Position numbers and translations under genes: made by a program. The notes beneath the pieces were generated by a model. It ran no database searches and was not told the origin of the DNA. It worked only from the letters and a program-made list of their open reading frames with translations. Positions 53,755 to 64,000 of a stretch of 64,000 nucleotides of DNA are shown one piece after another; position 1 is the first letter of the stretch; each line of letters starts with the position of its first letter. Source of the stretch: Squalus acanthias (taxonomy: Eukaryota); contig CM059432.1 in the NCBI GenBank assembly GCA_030390025.1, positions 16,308,001 to 16,372,000 on the forward strand, given 5' to 3'.

Positions 53755-56265
53755 TCAAACTAGAGATAAAGTATTAGGCAAACGTATGGGACTAAAGGTG
53801 GACAAGTCCTCTGGACCTGATGGCCTGCATCCTAGGGTCTTAAAAGAAGTGGCTGCAGAGATAGTGGATGCACTGGTTGCAATCTACCAAAATTCCCTGG
53901 ATTCTGGAGAGGTCCCAGCGAAAACCACAAATGTAACACCCCTATTCAAGAAAGGAGGGAGACAGAAAGCTGGAAACTATAAATCAGTTAGCCTAACATC
54001 GGTCATTGGGAAAATGCTGGAGTCCATTATTAAGGAAGTAGTAGCAGGACATTTAGAAAATCATAATACAGTCAAGCAGAGTCAGCATGGTTTTATTAAA
54101 GAGAAATCATGTTTGACAAATTTGCTAGAGTTCTTTGAGGATGTAACGAGCAGGGTGGATAAAGGGGAACCAGTAGATGTAGTGTATTTGGATTTCCAGA
54201 AGGCATTCGATAAGGTGCCACATAAAAGGTTACTGCACAAGAGCTCATGGGGTTGGGGGTAATATATTAGCATGGCTAGAGGATTGGCTAACTAACAGGA
54301 AACAGAGAGTCAGGATAAATGGGTCAATTTCAGGTTGGCAAACTGTAACTAGTGAGGTGCCACAGGGATCAGTGCTGGGGCCTCAGCTGTTTACAATCTA
54401 TATTAATGACTTGGATGAAGGGACCGAGTGTAATGTAGCCAAATTTGCTGATGATACAAAGATAGGCGGTAAAGCAAGTTGTGAAGAGAACACAGAATCT
54501 GCAATGGGATATACAGGAAACTCTTTATTAACCGGCACCGATGGGACCGGCGTGGTGCCGGTTTATCAAAAAGTCCGGATAACGGAGAGTTATATCTACC
54601 AAGGTACGAGAGCCCCGTACATGGCCACAGATCCAGGAGTCCCTGGTGCACGGCCACAGGTGCAGGAACCCCGGTCACATTAAAGAATTTCTGCATCTCC
54701 CTTCTTGTGACAGATCTTACAGCGATCTTACAGCGAGCTGGTTCATGAAGGTACTGGGCGTCTCGCAAAGCCGTTCATCACCAATCTATCAACAAGAGGA
54801 GAGTGGCACCTCCACCAAACTGCGGTACCAGCTCCGGTGCCAGGCCATATGGTAGCACGTCATTGGCAGCAGGCATCAAGAGAGGCGCTAATTGACATGC
54901 GCCTGCATTCGGAGCTCCGTCTCCCCGGGGACCGCCAGCTGACCATCTGTCGTGTGCGCAGATTCTACCAGCACAGACCGACAAACTGGGACATGGCAGC
55001 GGCTCAAGCCCTTTATTCCCCTTCCCCCACTGCCTACCCGGGCTGCACATTCCCCTCCCAATCTACACGCTCCGATACAAGGCAAACGCCTCGGGTTTTT
55101 TTTTTTTAAAGTTAATCTTAAACGTTCTTGAGAATTAAAATGTTATCGATGATCATTCGTTCCAACACAGCGCTCACAAACCCTGACTCCACACAGACTG
55201 CTTTCCTACTTTATAAAGCTGGGTATTTTGTGTGAGTTTTATGTTTATAGAATCAAACAAAAAGCCGGCCCCTGTCTCAGATTTGAGCACTGCCCCATCC
55301 TACATGTATAACGAGAGATGAAGGAAAACCCCGGTTACCTACTCAAGAATTTTGCCAGTTAAGAGAGATTTCCGGATATTTGGGTGCCGGTTAATAAAGA
55401 GTTTCCTGTAGATAGGCTAAGTGAGTGGGCAAAAAATTGGCAGATGGAATATAACGTAGAAAAATGTGGTTATCCACTTTGGTAGGAAAAATTAAAAAAG
55501 CAAATTATTTAAATGGAGGGAGACTACAAAATGCTGCAGTACAGAGGGATCTGGGGGTCCTTGTACATGAAACACAAAGTTAGCATGCAGGTACAGCAAG
55601 TAAGTAGGAAGGCAAATGGAATGTTGGCCTTTATTGCAAGGGGGATGGAGTATAAAAGTAGGGAACTCTGGCTACAACTGTACAGGGCATTGGTGAGACC
55701 ACACCCGCAGTACTGCGTACAGTTTTGGTCTCCTTATTTAAGGAGGGATATACTTGCATTGGAGGCAGTTCAGAGAAGGTTCACTATGTTAATTCCTGAG
55801 ATGAAAGGGTTGCCTTATGAAGAAAGGTTGAGCAGGTTGGGCCTATACTCATTGGAGTTTAGAAGAAGGAGAGATGATCTTAGTGAAACGTATAAGATTC
55901 TGAGGGGACTTGACAGGGTAGATGCAGAGAAGATGTTTCCCCTCGTGAGAGAATCTAGAACTAGGGGGCATAATTTCAGAATAAGGGGTCGCCCATTTAA
56001 AACGGAGATGAAGAGGAATTTCTTCTGAGGGTCGCGAATCTTTGGAATTCTCTACCCCAGAGAGCTGTAGAGGCTAGGTCATTAAATATATTTAAGGTGG
56101 AGATAGACAGATTTTTGAACGATAAGGGAGTCAAGGGTTATGGGGAGCAGGCAGGAAAATGGAGTTGAGACCAAGACCAGATCTGCCATGATCTTAACAA
56201 ATGGCGGAGCAGGCTCAAGGAGCCAAATGGCCTACTCCTGCTCCTATTTCTTATGTTCTTATACT
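53755..56265 (+). mobile_element. CR1 LINE RT-to-3' end, interrupted by a pogo/Tigger-like MITE
   Basis: KSSGPDGLHPRVLKE...YLDFQKAFDKVPH; PQGSVLGPQLFTIYINDLD; KANGMLAFIARG; tail cctatttcttatgttctta. Confidence 0.93.
54514..55408. mobile_element. pogo/Tigger-like non-autonomous element (895 bp) nested in CR1
   Basis: Perfect 26-bp TIR CAGGAAACTCTTTATTAACCGGCACC; TA duplication at 54512-54513 and 55409-55410; subterminal sequence matches the 21808-22233 MITE in opposite orientation. Confidence 0.92.
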
Positions 56266-58495
56266 GTGGTGCCCCCCAGGGGTCTGGACTTGGGTATGGA
56301 GGGCATCATTTCAAAGTTTGCTAATGACACGAAGCTTGGAAATGTAGTAAACAGTGAGAAAGATAGTAGCACACATCAGGAGGACATAGACAGACTGGTG
56401 AAATACACAAACACATGGCAGTTGAAATTTAATGCACAGAAGTATGAAGTGATGCATTTTGGAAGAAAAAATTAGGAGGCAGTATATACTAAATGGCACA
56501 ATAAAAAGGGGGTACAGGAACAGAGAGACCCGGGGATTCACATACACAAATCTTTGAAGGTGGCAGGACAAGTTGATAAATCTGTTAAAAAAAAGCACAC
56601 AGGATCCTTGGCTTTATAAATAGAAGTAGAGTACACAAAAGCAAGCATGTGATGGTAAACCTTCATAAATCACTGGCTAGAGCTCAGCTAGAGTATTATC
56701 CAATTCTGGACACCACACTTTAGAAAGGATGTCAAGGTGTTGGACAGCATGCAGAGGAGATTTACCAGAATGGTACCATGGATCAGGAAATTCAGTTATG
56801 TGGAAAGACTAGAGAAGCTATTATTAGGGACGTGGTAACAGGGCACTTAGAAAATCATAATATGATTAGGCAGAGTCAACACAGTTTTATGAAAGGGAAA
56901 TCGTGTTTGACAAATCTATTAAGAGTTTTTTGAGGGTGTAACTTACAGGATAGATAAGGGAGGACCAGTGGATGCAGTATATTTGGATTTTCAGAAGGCA
57001 TTCGATAAGGTTGTTATACAAGATTAGGGCTCACAGGATTGGGGTAATATATTAGCATGGATTGAGGATTGGTAAACAGACAGAAAACAGAGTGTAGGAA
57101 TAAACGGGTCATTTTCTGGTTGGCTTGTAACTGCTGGAATGCCGCAAGGATCAGTGCTTGGACCTCAGCTATTTACAAACTATATCAATGACTTGGAGGA
57201 GTGCAATATATTCAAGTTTGCTGATGAAACAAAGCTAGCTGGGAAAATAAGCTGCGAGGATGCAAAGAGGCTGCAAAGGAAAAAGGCTGGTTCAGTGATT
57301 GGGCAAGGAGGTGGCAGATGGAGTATAATGGAGAAATGTGAAATTATCCACTTTGGTAGGAAAAATAGAAAAGCACAATTTTTTTTTTTAAAAAGGTGAG
57401 AGACTAGTAAATGTTGATATTCAGAGGGATTTGGGTGTTCTTGTATACGAACAACAGAAAGTGAACATGCAAACAATTAGGAAGGCAAATGGTATGTTAG
57501 CCTTTATTGCAAGGGGGTTGGAGTATAAAAGTAAGGAAGTCTTGCTGCAGTTATATAGGGCTTTGGTGAGACGGTGTACAGTTTTGGTCTCGTTACCCAA
57601 GGAAGGATATACTTGCATTAGAGATGGAGCAACGAAGGTTCACTCGATTGATTCCTGGGATGAGAGGGCTGTCTTATGAGGAGAGATTGAATAGAATGGG
57701 CCTATATTCTCTGGAATTTAGAAGAATAAAGGTGATCTCATTGAAATGTATAAATTTCTTACAGGGCTTGACAGGGTAGATGCTATGAGGCTGTTGCCCC
57801 TGGCTGGAGAGTCTAGAAGCAGGGGTCACAGTCTCAGGATAACAGGTCGCCATTTAAAACTGAGATGAGGAAAAATTTCTTCACTCAGAGGGTTGCGCAT
57901 CTTTGGAATTCGCTACCCCAGAGGGCTGTGGATACTCAGTTGTTGAGTATATTTAAGACTGAGATCGCTAGATTTTTGGACTCGAGGAATCAAGGGATAT
58001 GGGGATAGGGCAGGAAAGTGGAGTTGAGGTCAAGATCAGATCAGCCATGATCTTATTGAATGGCGGAGCAGGCTCAAGGGGCCATATGGCCTACTCCTGC
58101 TCCTATTTCTTACGTTCTTCAACTGGGATTATTCTCCTTAGAGCAAAGAAGGTTATGGAGAGATTTAATAAGAGACGTTCACAATTATGAGGAGTTTTGA
58201 TAAGGAGAAACAGTTGCCATTAGCAGGAGGGTCAGTAACCAGAGAGCACAGGATTAAGATAATTGGCAAAAAAGCCAGGGGTAGATGGAGAATTTTTTTT
58301 TTTTTTAAACTCGGACTGGTTCTGATCTGGTATACATTGCCTGAAAGTGTGGTGGAAGCAGATTAAATAGTAACTTTCAAAAGGGAAGCGGATATATAGT
58401 TAAAGAGATTTTTTTAAGGGCTACAGGTAACAGCAAGGGGGTGGAAGTAATTAGATAAATAGTTCTTTCAAAGAGCTGTATGATTCTATGATTAT
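56266..58495 (+). mobile_element. Two nested CR1 fragments (outer 56266-56820 and ~58105-58495; inner ~56821-58120)
   Basis: Outer copy breaks at ...agactagagaagct and resumes ctgggattattctcctta; inner copy has YLDFQKAFDK, PQGSVLGPQLF and its own tail. Confidence 0.8.
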
Positions 58496-58669
58496 AAATC
58501 AAGGCTCTTCAAAAAAAAACCTTGCATTTATATAGCACCTTTCACCACCTCAGGTCGTCCCAAAATGCTGAAAGCCTCATCCATGCCTTTGTTACCTCCA
58601 AACTTGACTATTCCAATACTTTCCTGGCCGGACTCTCAGCTTGCACCCTCCGTAAAAAAAAAACTTTAA

Positions 58670-59143
58670 AAACTTGCATTTATACAGCGCCTTTCACGAC
58701 TTCAGGACATCCCAAAGTGCTTTACAGCCAAAGAAGTACTTTTGAGAAGTGTAGCCACTGTTGTAATGTAGGAAACGTGAAAGCCAAATTGCACACAGCA
58801 AGCTCCCACAAACAGCAAAGTGATAATGACCAGATAATCTGTTTTAGTGATGTTGATTGAGAATAAACATTGGCCAGGACTCCGGGAATAACTCCCCGGC
58901 TCCTCTTTGAAATGGTGCCATGGGATTTTTACGTCCACGGGATTTTTACGTCCACCTGAGGGGGCAGACGGGGCCTCGGTTTAACACCACATCCGAAAGA
59001 CGACACATCCGACAGTGCAGCACTCCCTCAGTACAGCACTGGAGTGTCAGCCTAGATTTTTGCGCTCAAGTCTTTGGAGCGAGACTTGAACCCACAACCT
59101 TCTGACTCAGAGGCGAGAGTGCTACCCACTGAGCCACGGCTGA
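58670..59143 (-). mobile_element. Full-length DeuSINE nested in an L2 fragment
   Basis: Minus strand cagccgtggctcagtgggtagcactctcgcctctgagtcagaaggttgtgggttcaagtc, Deu core and tail. Confidence 0.88.
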
Positions 59144-59198
59144 AACGCGAGCGTAAATTTGAGTTCATCCAAAGCTCTGCTGCCCATATCCTAACTGA

Positions 59199-60267
59199 GA
59201 AGTCGCACAACACCAGGTTATAGTCCAACAGTTTTATTTGAAATCACAAGCTTTCGGAGCTGTTGCTCCTTCGTCGGGTGAAGTAAAGAGATGGCCTCCC
59301 CACGCCTCCACTACTTGCCTTCAAACAGCCGCCTAACCTCAGAAGTACCATCGTTCGCAGCAAATTACCCAGCTTTCAGGATAACAGCGACCACGACACC
59401 ACACAACCCTGCCACGGCAACCTCTGCAAGACATGCCAGATCATCAACACAGATACCATCATCACACGTGAGGACACTACCCACCAGGTACATGGTACAT
59501 ACTCATGTGACTCGGCCAACGTTGTCTACCTCATACGTTGCAGGAAAGAATGCACCGCGGCATGGTACATCGGCGAGACCATGCAGACACTGAGACAACG
59601 TATGAACGAGCACCGCGCAACAATCACCAGGCAGGAGTGTTCCCTCCCAGTCGGGGAACACTTCAGCAGTCAAGGACATTCAGCCTCGGATCTGCGGGTA
59701 AGCGTTCTCCAAGGCGGCCTTCGAAACACACGACAACGCAAAACCATCGAGCAGAAACTGATAGCCAAGTTCCGCACTCATGAGGACGGTCTCAACCGGG
59801 ATCTTGGGTTTATGTCACGATACATGACGTGATCCAGACTCGAGTTGTCGTTGGCTTGTTCACAGATGTGATTCCCAGTAAAAAAGTAAAAATTTTAAAG
59901 TTTATCGTTTTACATACTGACTGCAGCTTTTGACACGTTAGACCCCCTGTAACTCCACCTCATTGTCTCAGTTGTATCTTGCTATGTCTTTGATGTGGGA
60001 CCTTCCTGGCTGACCTGATTGCCTTTTGTCACACCTCGGCAGATAAACAGTCAGGATGATTAAATTTAGTCGTCTACCATTGTAAGGTACACATGCATTG
60101 TTCTCTATCTATATACGCTTTGGCGATTCTGTATCTCTTTACTTCATCCGACGAAGGAGCAACAGCTCCGAAAGCTTGTGATTTTAAAAAAAACTGTTGG
60201 ACTATAACCTGGTGTTGTGCGACTTCTCATTTTTGTCCACCCCAGTCCAACACCGGCATCTCCACAT
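59199..60267 (+). mobile_element. Penelope-like element (GIY-YIG endonuclease fragment) with inverted terminal repeat and TSD
   Basis: NVVYLIRCRKECTAAWYIGETMQTLRQRMNEH...PVGEHF...IEQKLI...GLNRD; 59198-59292 is inverted to ~60133-60227; direct repeat catatcctaactga at 59185-59198 and 60268-60281. Confidence 0.92.
59244..59281 (-). ncRNA. Minimal hammerhead-like motif (variant core), with a mirror copy at ~60144-60181 plus
   Basis: UCAC-CCGACGA-A-GGAGC-AACA-GCUCC-GAAA-GCUU-GUGA; U4 replaced by C. Confidence 0.55.
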
Positions 60268-60570
60268 CATATCCTAACTGACATCAAATAACATTCACCC
60301 ATCACCCTTATGCTCGCTGACCTACATTGGCTCCCGGTCCAGCCACGCCTCGTTTAAAACATTTTAATCCCAGTTTTCAAATTCCTCCACAGCTCAGTAA
60401 CCTCCTCCAACCCCACAACCCTCCAAGATCTCTGCCCTCCTCTAATTCTGGCTGTTTGCGCATCCCCGATTTTCATCGCTCCACCATCATGTCTTCAGCT
60501 GCCTAGGGCCTAAATTCTGGAATCCCTCGTAAATCCCTCCACATCGCTCCTCCTTAAAGACGCTCTTTAA

Positions 60571-61995
60571 AACATAGAAACATAGAAGATAGGAGCAGGC
60601 CATTCAGCCCCTCGAGCCTGCTCAGCCATTCAATGAGATCATGGCCGATCATCCAAATTCAGTACCCTGTCCCTGCTTTCTCTCCATAGCCCTTGATCCC
60701 TTTAGCTTTAAGAAATATATCTCACTCCTTCTTGAATATATTTAATGAATTGGCCTCAACTGCCTTCTGTGGTAGAGAATTCCACAGGTTCACCACTCTC
60801 TGGGTGAAGAAATTCCTCCTCATCTCAGTCCTAAATGGCTTACCCCTTATCCTTAGACTGTGACCCCTGGTTGTGGACTCCCCGGCCATCGGGAACATCC
60901 CTCCTGCATCTAGTCTGTCTAGTCCTGTTAGAATTTTATAAGTTTCACTGAGACCCCCTCTCATTCTTCTAAACTCCAGCGAGTATAAGCCCAATCGACC
61001 CAATCTCTCTCATACGGTATCAGTCTGGTGAATCTTCACTGCACTCCCTCCATGGCAAGAACATCCTTCCTCAGATAAGGCGACCAAAACTGCACACAAT
61101 ACTCAAGGTGTGGTCTCACCAAGGCCCTGTACAACTGCAGCAAGACATCCTTGTTCCTGTACTCGAACCCTTTCACTATGAAGGCCAACATACCATTTGC
61201 CTTCTTAACCGCCTGCTGCACCTGCGGCGACTGGTGCACAAGGACACCCAGGTCTCGTTGCACTTCCCCTTCTCCCAATCTATTGCCATTCAGATAATAA
61301 TCTGCCTTCCTGTTTTTGACACCAAAACGGATAACCTTGCATTTATCCACATTATATTGCATCTGCCATGCTTCTGCCCAAATCATACTGGAGTTTCTCG
61401 GCATCCTCCTCACAGCACACACTCCCACCCAGCTTTGTGTCGTCTGCAAACTTGGAGATATTACATCCAATTCCCTCGTCTAGATCATTAATATATATTG
61501 TGAATAGCTGGCGTCCTAGGACCGATCCCTGCGGTACCCCACTAGTCACTGCCTGCCACTCGGAAAAAGACCCATTTATTCCAACTCTTTGCTTTGTCTG
61601 CCAACTAGTTCTCTATCCAAGTCAATACCTTGCCCCCAATCCCATGTGCATTAACTTTACATGCTAATCTCTTATGCGGGACCTTATCGAAAGCCTTCTG
61701 AAAGTCCAAATACACCACATCCACTGGTTCTCCCTTATCTATTTTACCAGTTACATCCTCAAAAAATTCCAGTAGATTAGTCAAGCACGATTTACCTTTT
61801 GTAAATCCATGTTGACTTTGTCCGATCCTGTCACTGTTTTCCAAGTGCTCTGCTATTACATCTTTTATAATGGACTCTAGCATTTTCCCCACTACCGATG
61901 TCAGGCTTACCGGTCTATAATTCCCCGTTTTCACTCTACCACCTTTTTTGAATAGTGGGGTTACATTAGCTATCCTCCAAACCATGGGAACGGTT
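60571..61995 (-). mobile_element. Young CR1 LINE, same subfamily as 31391-33658, nested in L2
   Basis: Near-identical text to 31391-32880 (for example gaaagccttctgaaagtccaaatacaccacatccactggttctccc); host L2 resumes at acctctttgaccaagcttttgg. Confidence 0.93.
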
Positions 61996-62594
61996 TCTAC
62001 CTCTTTGACCAAGCTTTTGGCCACCTGTCATAACTTGTGGCTCAGTGTCAAATTTTGTTTCATAGCGCTCCTATGAATCACCTTGGGCTGTTTTACTACA
62101 TTGAAGGCGCTATATAAAAGTAGTTAGTTGGAGTGCTACCACTGAGCCATGGCTGACACTTAAGGTCTCAACTTTATTTTCCATTGATAACCTAATGGGG
62201 GAAACCTAAGATCCGTATACAGTAGCACTTACTCTAATCTTATGGTAGCAATCCTGTGTTAGCTATTTCCTTGAAATACACCTGCAATCTGGAGAAAGTC
62301 ACAAATGCATTTTTGCTGCAGTCTAAACACTAATTTTTTTTGCCTTGGAGAGAGGAGTAAAGGAGTAATGCAAGCCAACGAGGATAATGTTGCCCAACAA
62401 TCATTGTATATGGCAAGCACACATGGAAAATTTACAATTGCCTTATACACATACCAATACATCCCAGCTCTACCCGTGTGCCATCACCCTAAACTCCATA
62501 ATCACAATTGCTTGCTCAGATCACTTGCTATCATGAAATCATGGACGAGCCAAAACATCTCCAACTGAACAGCAACAAAAAGCACAACCATTGC

Positions 62595-63085
62595 AATGAC
62601 TGAATTCCCCTCCTAAATTGCTCGCTTCGGCTGGACCTAATAATGCACTCGAAGTTAAGATTCAAACACCATAATTATCCTTCACTAAGACCGCTTACTT
62701 CCACCTCCATAACATTGCCCACTTTTACTGGAACCCTTCGTACCTTCCAGCTTGACTTTTCCAACACCCGTCTCACTGGTGTCCAGAGCTCTATCTACCC
62801 TAACAAGCTCCAACTCATCCAAAGCTCCACCACCAATGCACAATTTAAAAATCCTTTTTTATATAAACACAAATCCCTTCATGGTCTTACTTCAATCTAT
62901 CTTAGCAACCTCCTCCAGCCCTACCTCTCAACCTGTGCCTCTTCAGTCTTGACTCTGGCCTCTTGTGCACAAATCCCTCCCTCCACTCTACCAGTGGTGG
63001 CACACCCTTCAGTCAGCTTAGTCCTTCTCTCTGGAACTTCCTCCTTGAGCCCCTCCGCCCCACCTGCATATATTCCTCCAAATCT
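62595..63085 (+). mobile_element. Old degraded L2 fragment
   Basis: AYFHLHNIA-like, QLDFSNTRL and KLQLIQSS remnants. Confidence 0.55.
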
Positions 63086-64000
63086 GAGCTCTTATTGCTT
63101 TAGCATCAATTATTCCTTTGTGGAGAACCATGGAATGTTTGCTTGGCAGTATGCAAGTGCAAGCTGCTGTTGTGCCATCACAACTCCACAATCCAAACAT
63201 CATGGCTTGTATGCAAAACAGTTACATCCCTTCTAACCTCTCTTGTGCAACAAACAGAATATGCACGAAAAGCCACTTGTGAAACTGATCAGAACATAGT
63301 TATCAAGTAAGCTCACTCCTAGGATACAATCCATGTCCCATAGTTCATACTGTCTATAAAAGCAGCTGTGAAATCACCATGCAATGAAGGCAGGAATAAT
63401 ATTTTACATAGTGCAGGTGAGTTCTCTGCTGAGATGGAGGTTCAAGGAATTTCATTTGAGACAATACAGTAGGTTAAACGAACCACAAAAAGCATCTAGA
63501 AAGTAAGATACCTGAATAGAAATCAGGTACAGCCAGTCTAATCAACTTGGTTGTTGCAAATACATTCCATAGATGATGATGCATGTCTTTAATCTGACCT
63601 CAGTAAAAGTGGGATCTTACTTTCACTTTAGATTTGAAATGTGTTCTTGAATGAGTACCACAAATGTTTAAACCCAGACTTGGGACTTATAGGTTTTTAC
63701 AGAAGCCACACAACATTTGGCTTTTCAACAATGGTGTACAAAATACAAGTATTTCTCTCGTAAGAGGAAAGGAATACTTCCTTTGATGCAATTCACAACA
63801 CTTTTTTCACAACGGTTCACAATGCCTACTAGCTATCTGTCTCCCATTTTGCAAATATATAAATTACAATATTTACAAGACTGTGGTGACAGAAAACCAG
63901 CACTCTACATTTTTCAAACCTCTGCATATTAAAAGGCAATATTTGGGCTGACCTAATGTAAGGGTAAGCACTCAGTGCTTTACCATTTGAAGTTCATAAC

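Larger units (their letters stand above)
58560..62130 (+). mobile_element. L2 LINE 3' fragment broken into four pieces by SINE, Penelope and CR1 insertions
   Basis: AESLIHAFVTSKLDYSN (58566-), FIQSSAAHIL (59164-), HPYAR.PTLAP/LHWLPV (60300-), tail ggcgctatataaaagtagtt (62106-). Confidence 0.75.

Noticed and set aside
63880..63905. Plus-strand GDRKP, resembling AGO2 exon 3 (IFGDRKPVFDG)
   Set aside because: Wrong strand and flanking residues (DCGDRKPALY) do not match; chance similarity. Exon 3 was not found in the window.

Overview
Vertebrate genomic DNA. The repeat content (HE1-like and DeuSINE/SacSINE-like SINEs, abundant CR1, L2, RTE and Penelope elements) points to a cartilaginous fish; this is inferred, not proven. 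The window is dominated by a minus-strand Argonaute-2-type gene. Sixteen coding exons, equivalent to human AGO2 exons 4-19, lie between 53208 and 11178, each with GT-AG boundaries. They join in frame to 2244 nt (747 aa plus stop), and the slicer tetrad D-E-D-H is intact. Exons 1-3 lie beyond the right edge. Below the stop codon is an almost transposon-free stretch of about 7-7.5 kb that looks like a very long 3' UTR. It carries a ~53-bp-stem hairpin, four 8mer miR-103/107 sites, several let-7 sites (twice paired with miR-103/107 sites) and Pumilio elements, which together suggest a candidate feedback module on the core RNAi effector. The introns are packed with nested transposons, including Penelope elements with minimal hammerhead ribozyme cores, pogo/Tigger-like MITEs and deleted Harbinger-like elements. 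Transposon boundaries are approximate unless a TSD or TIR is quoted, and family assignments come from recognition, not database searches.
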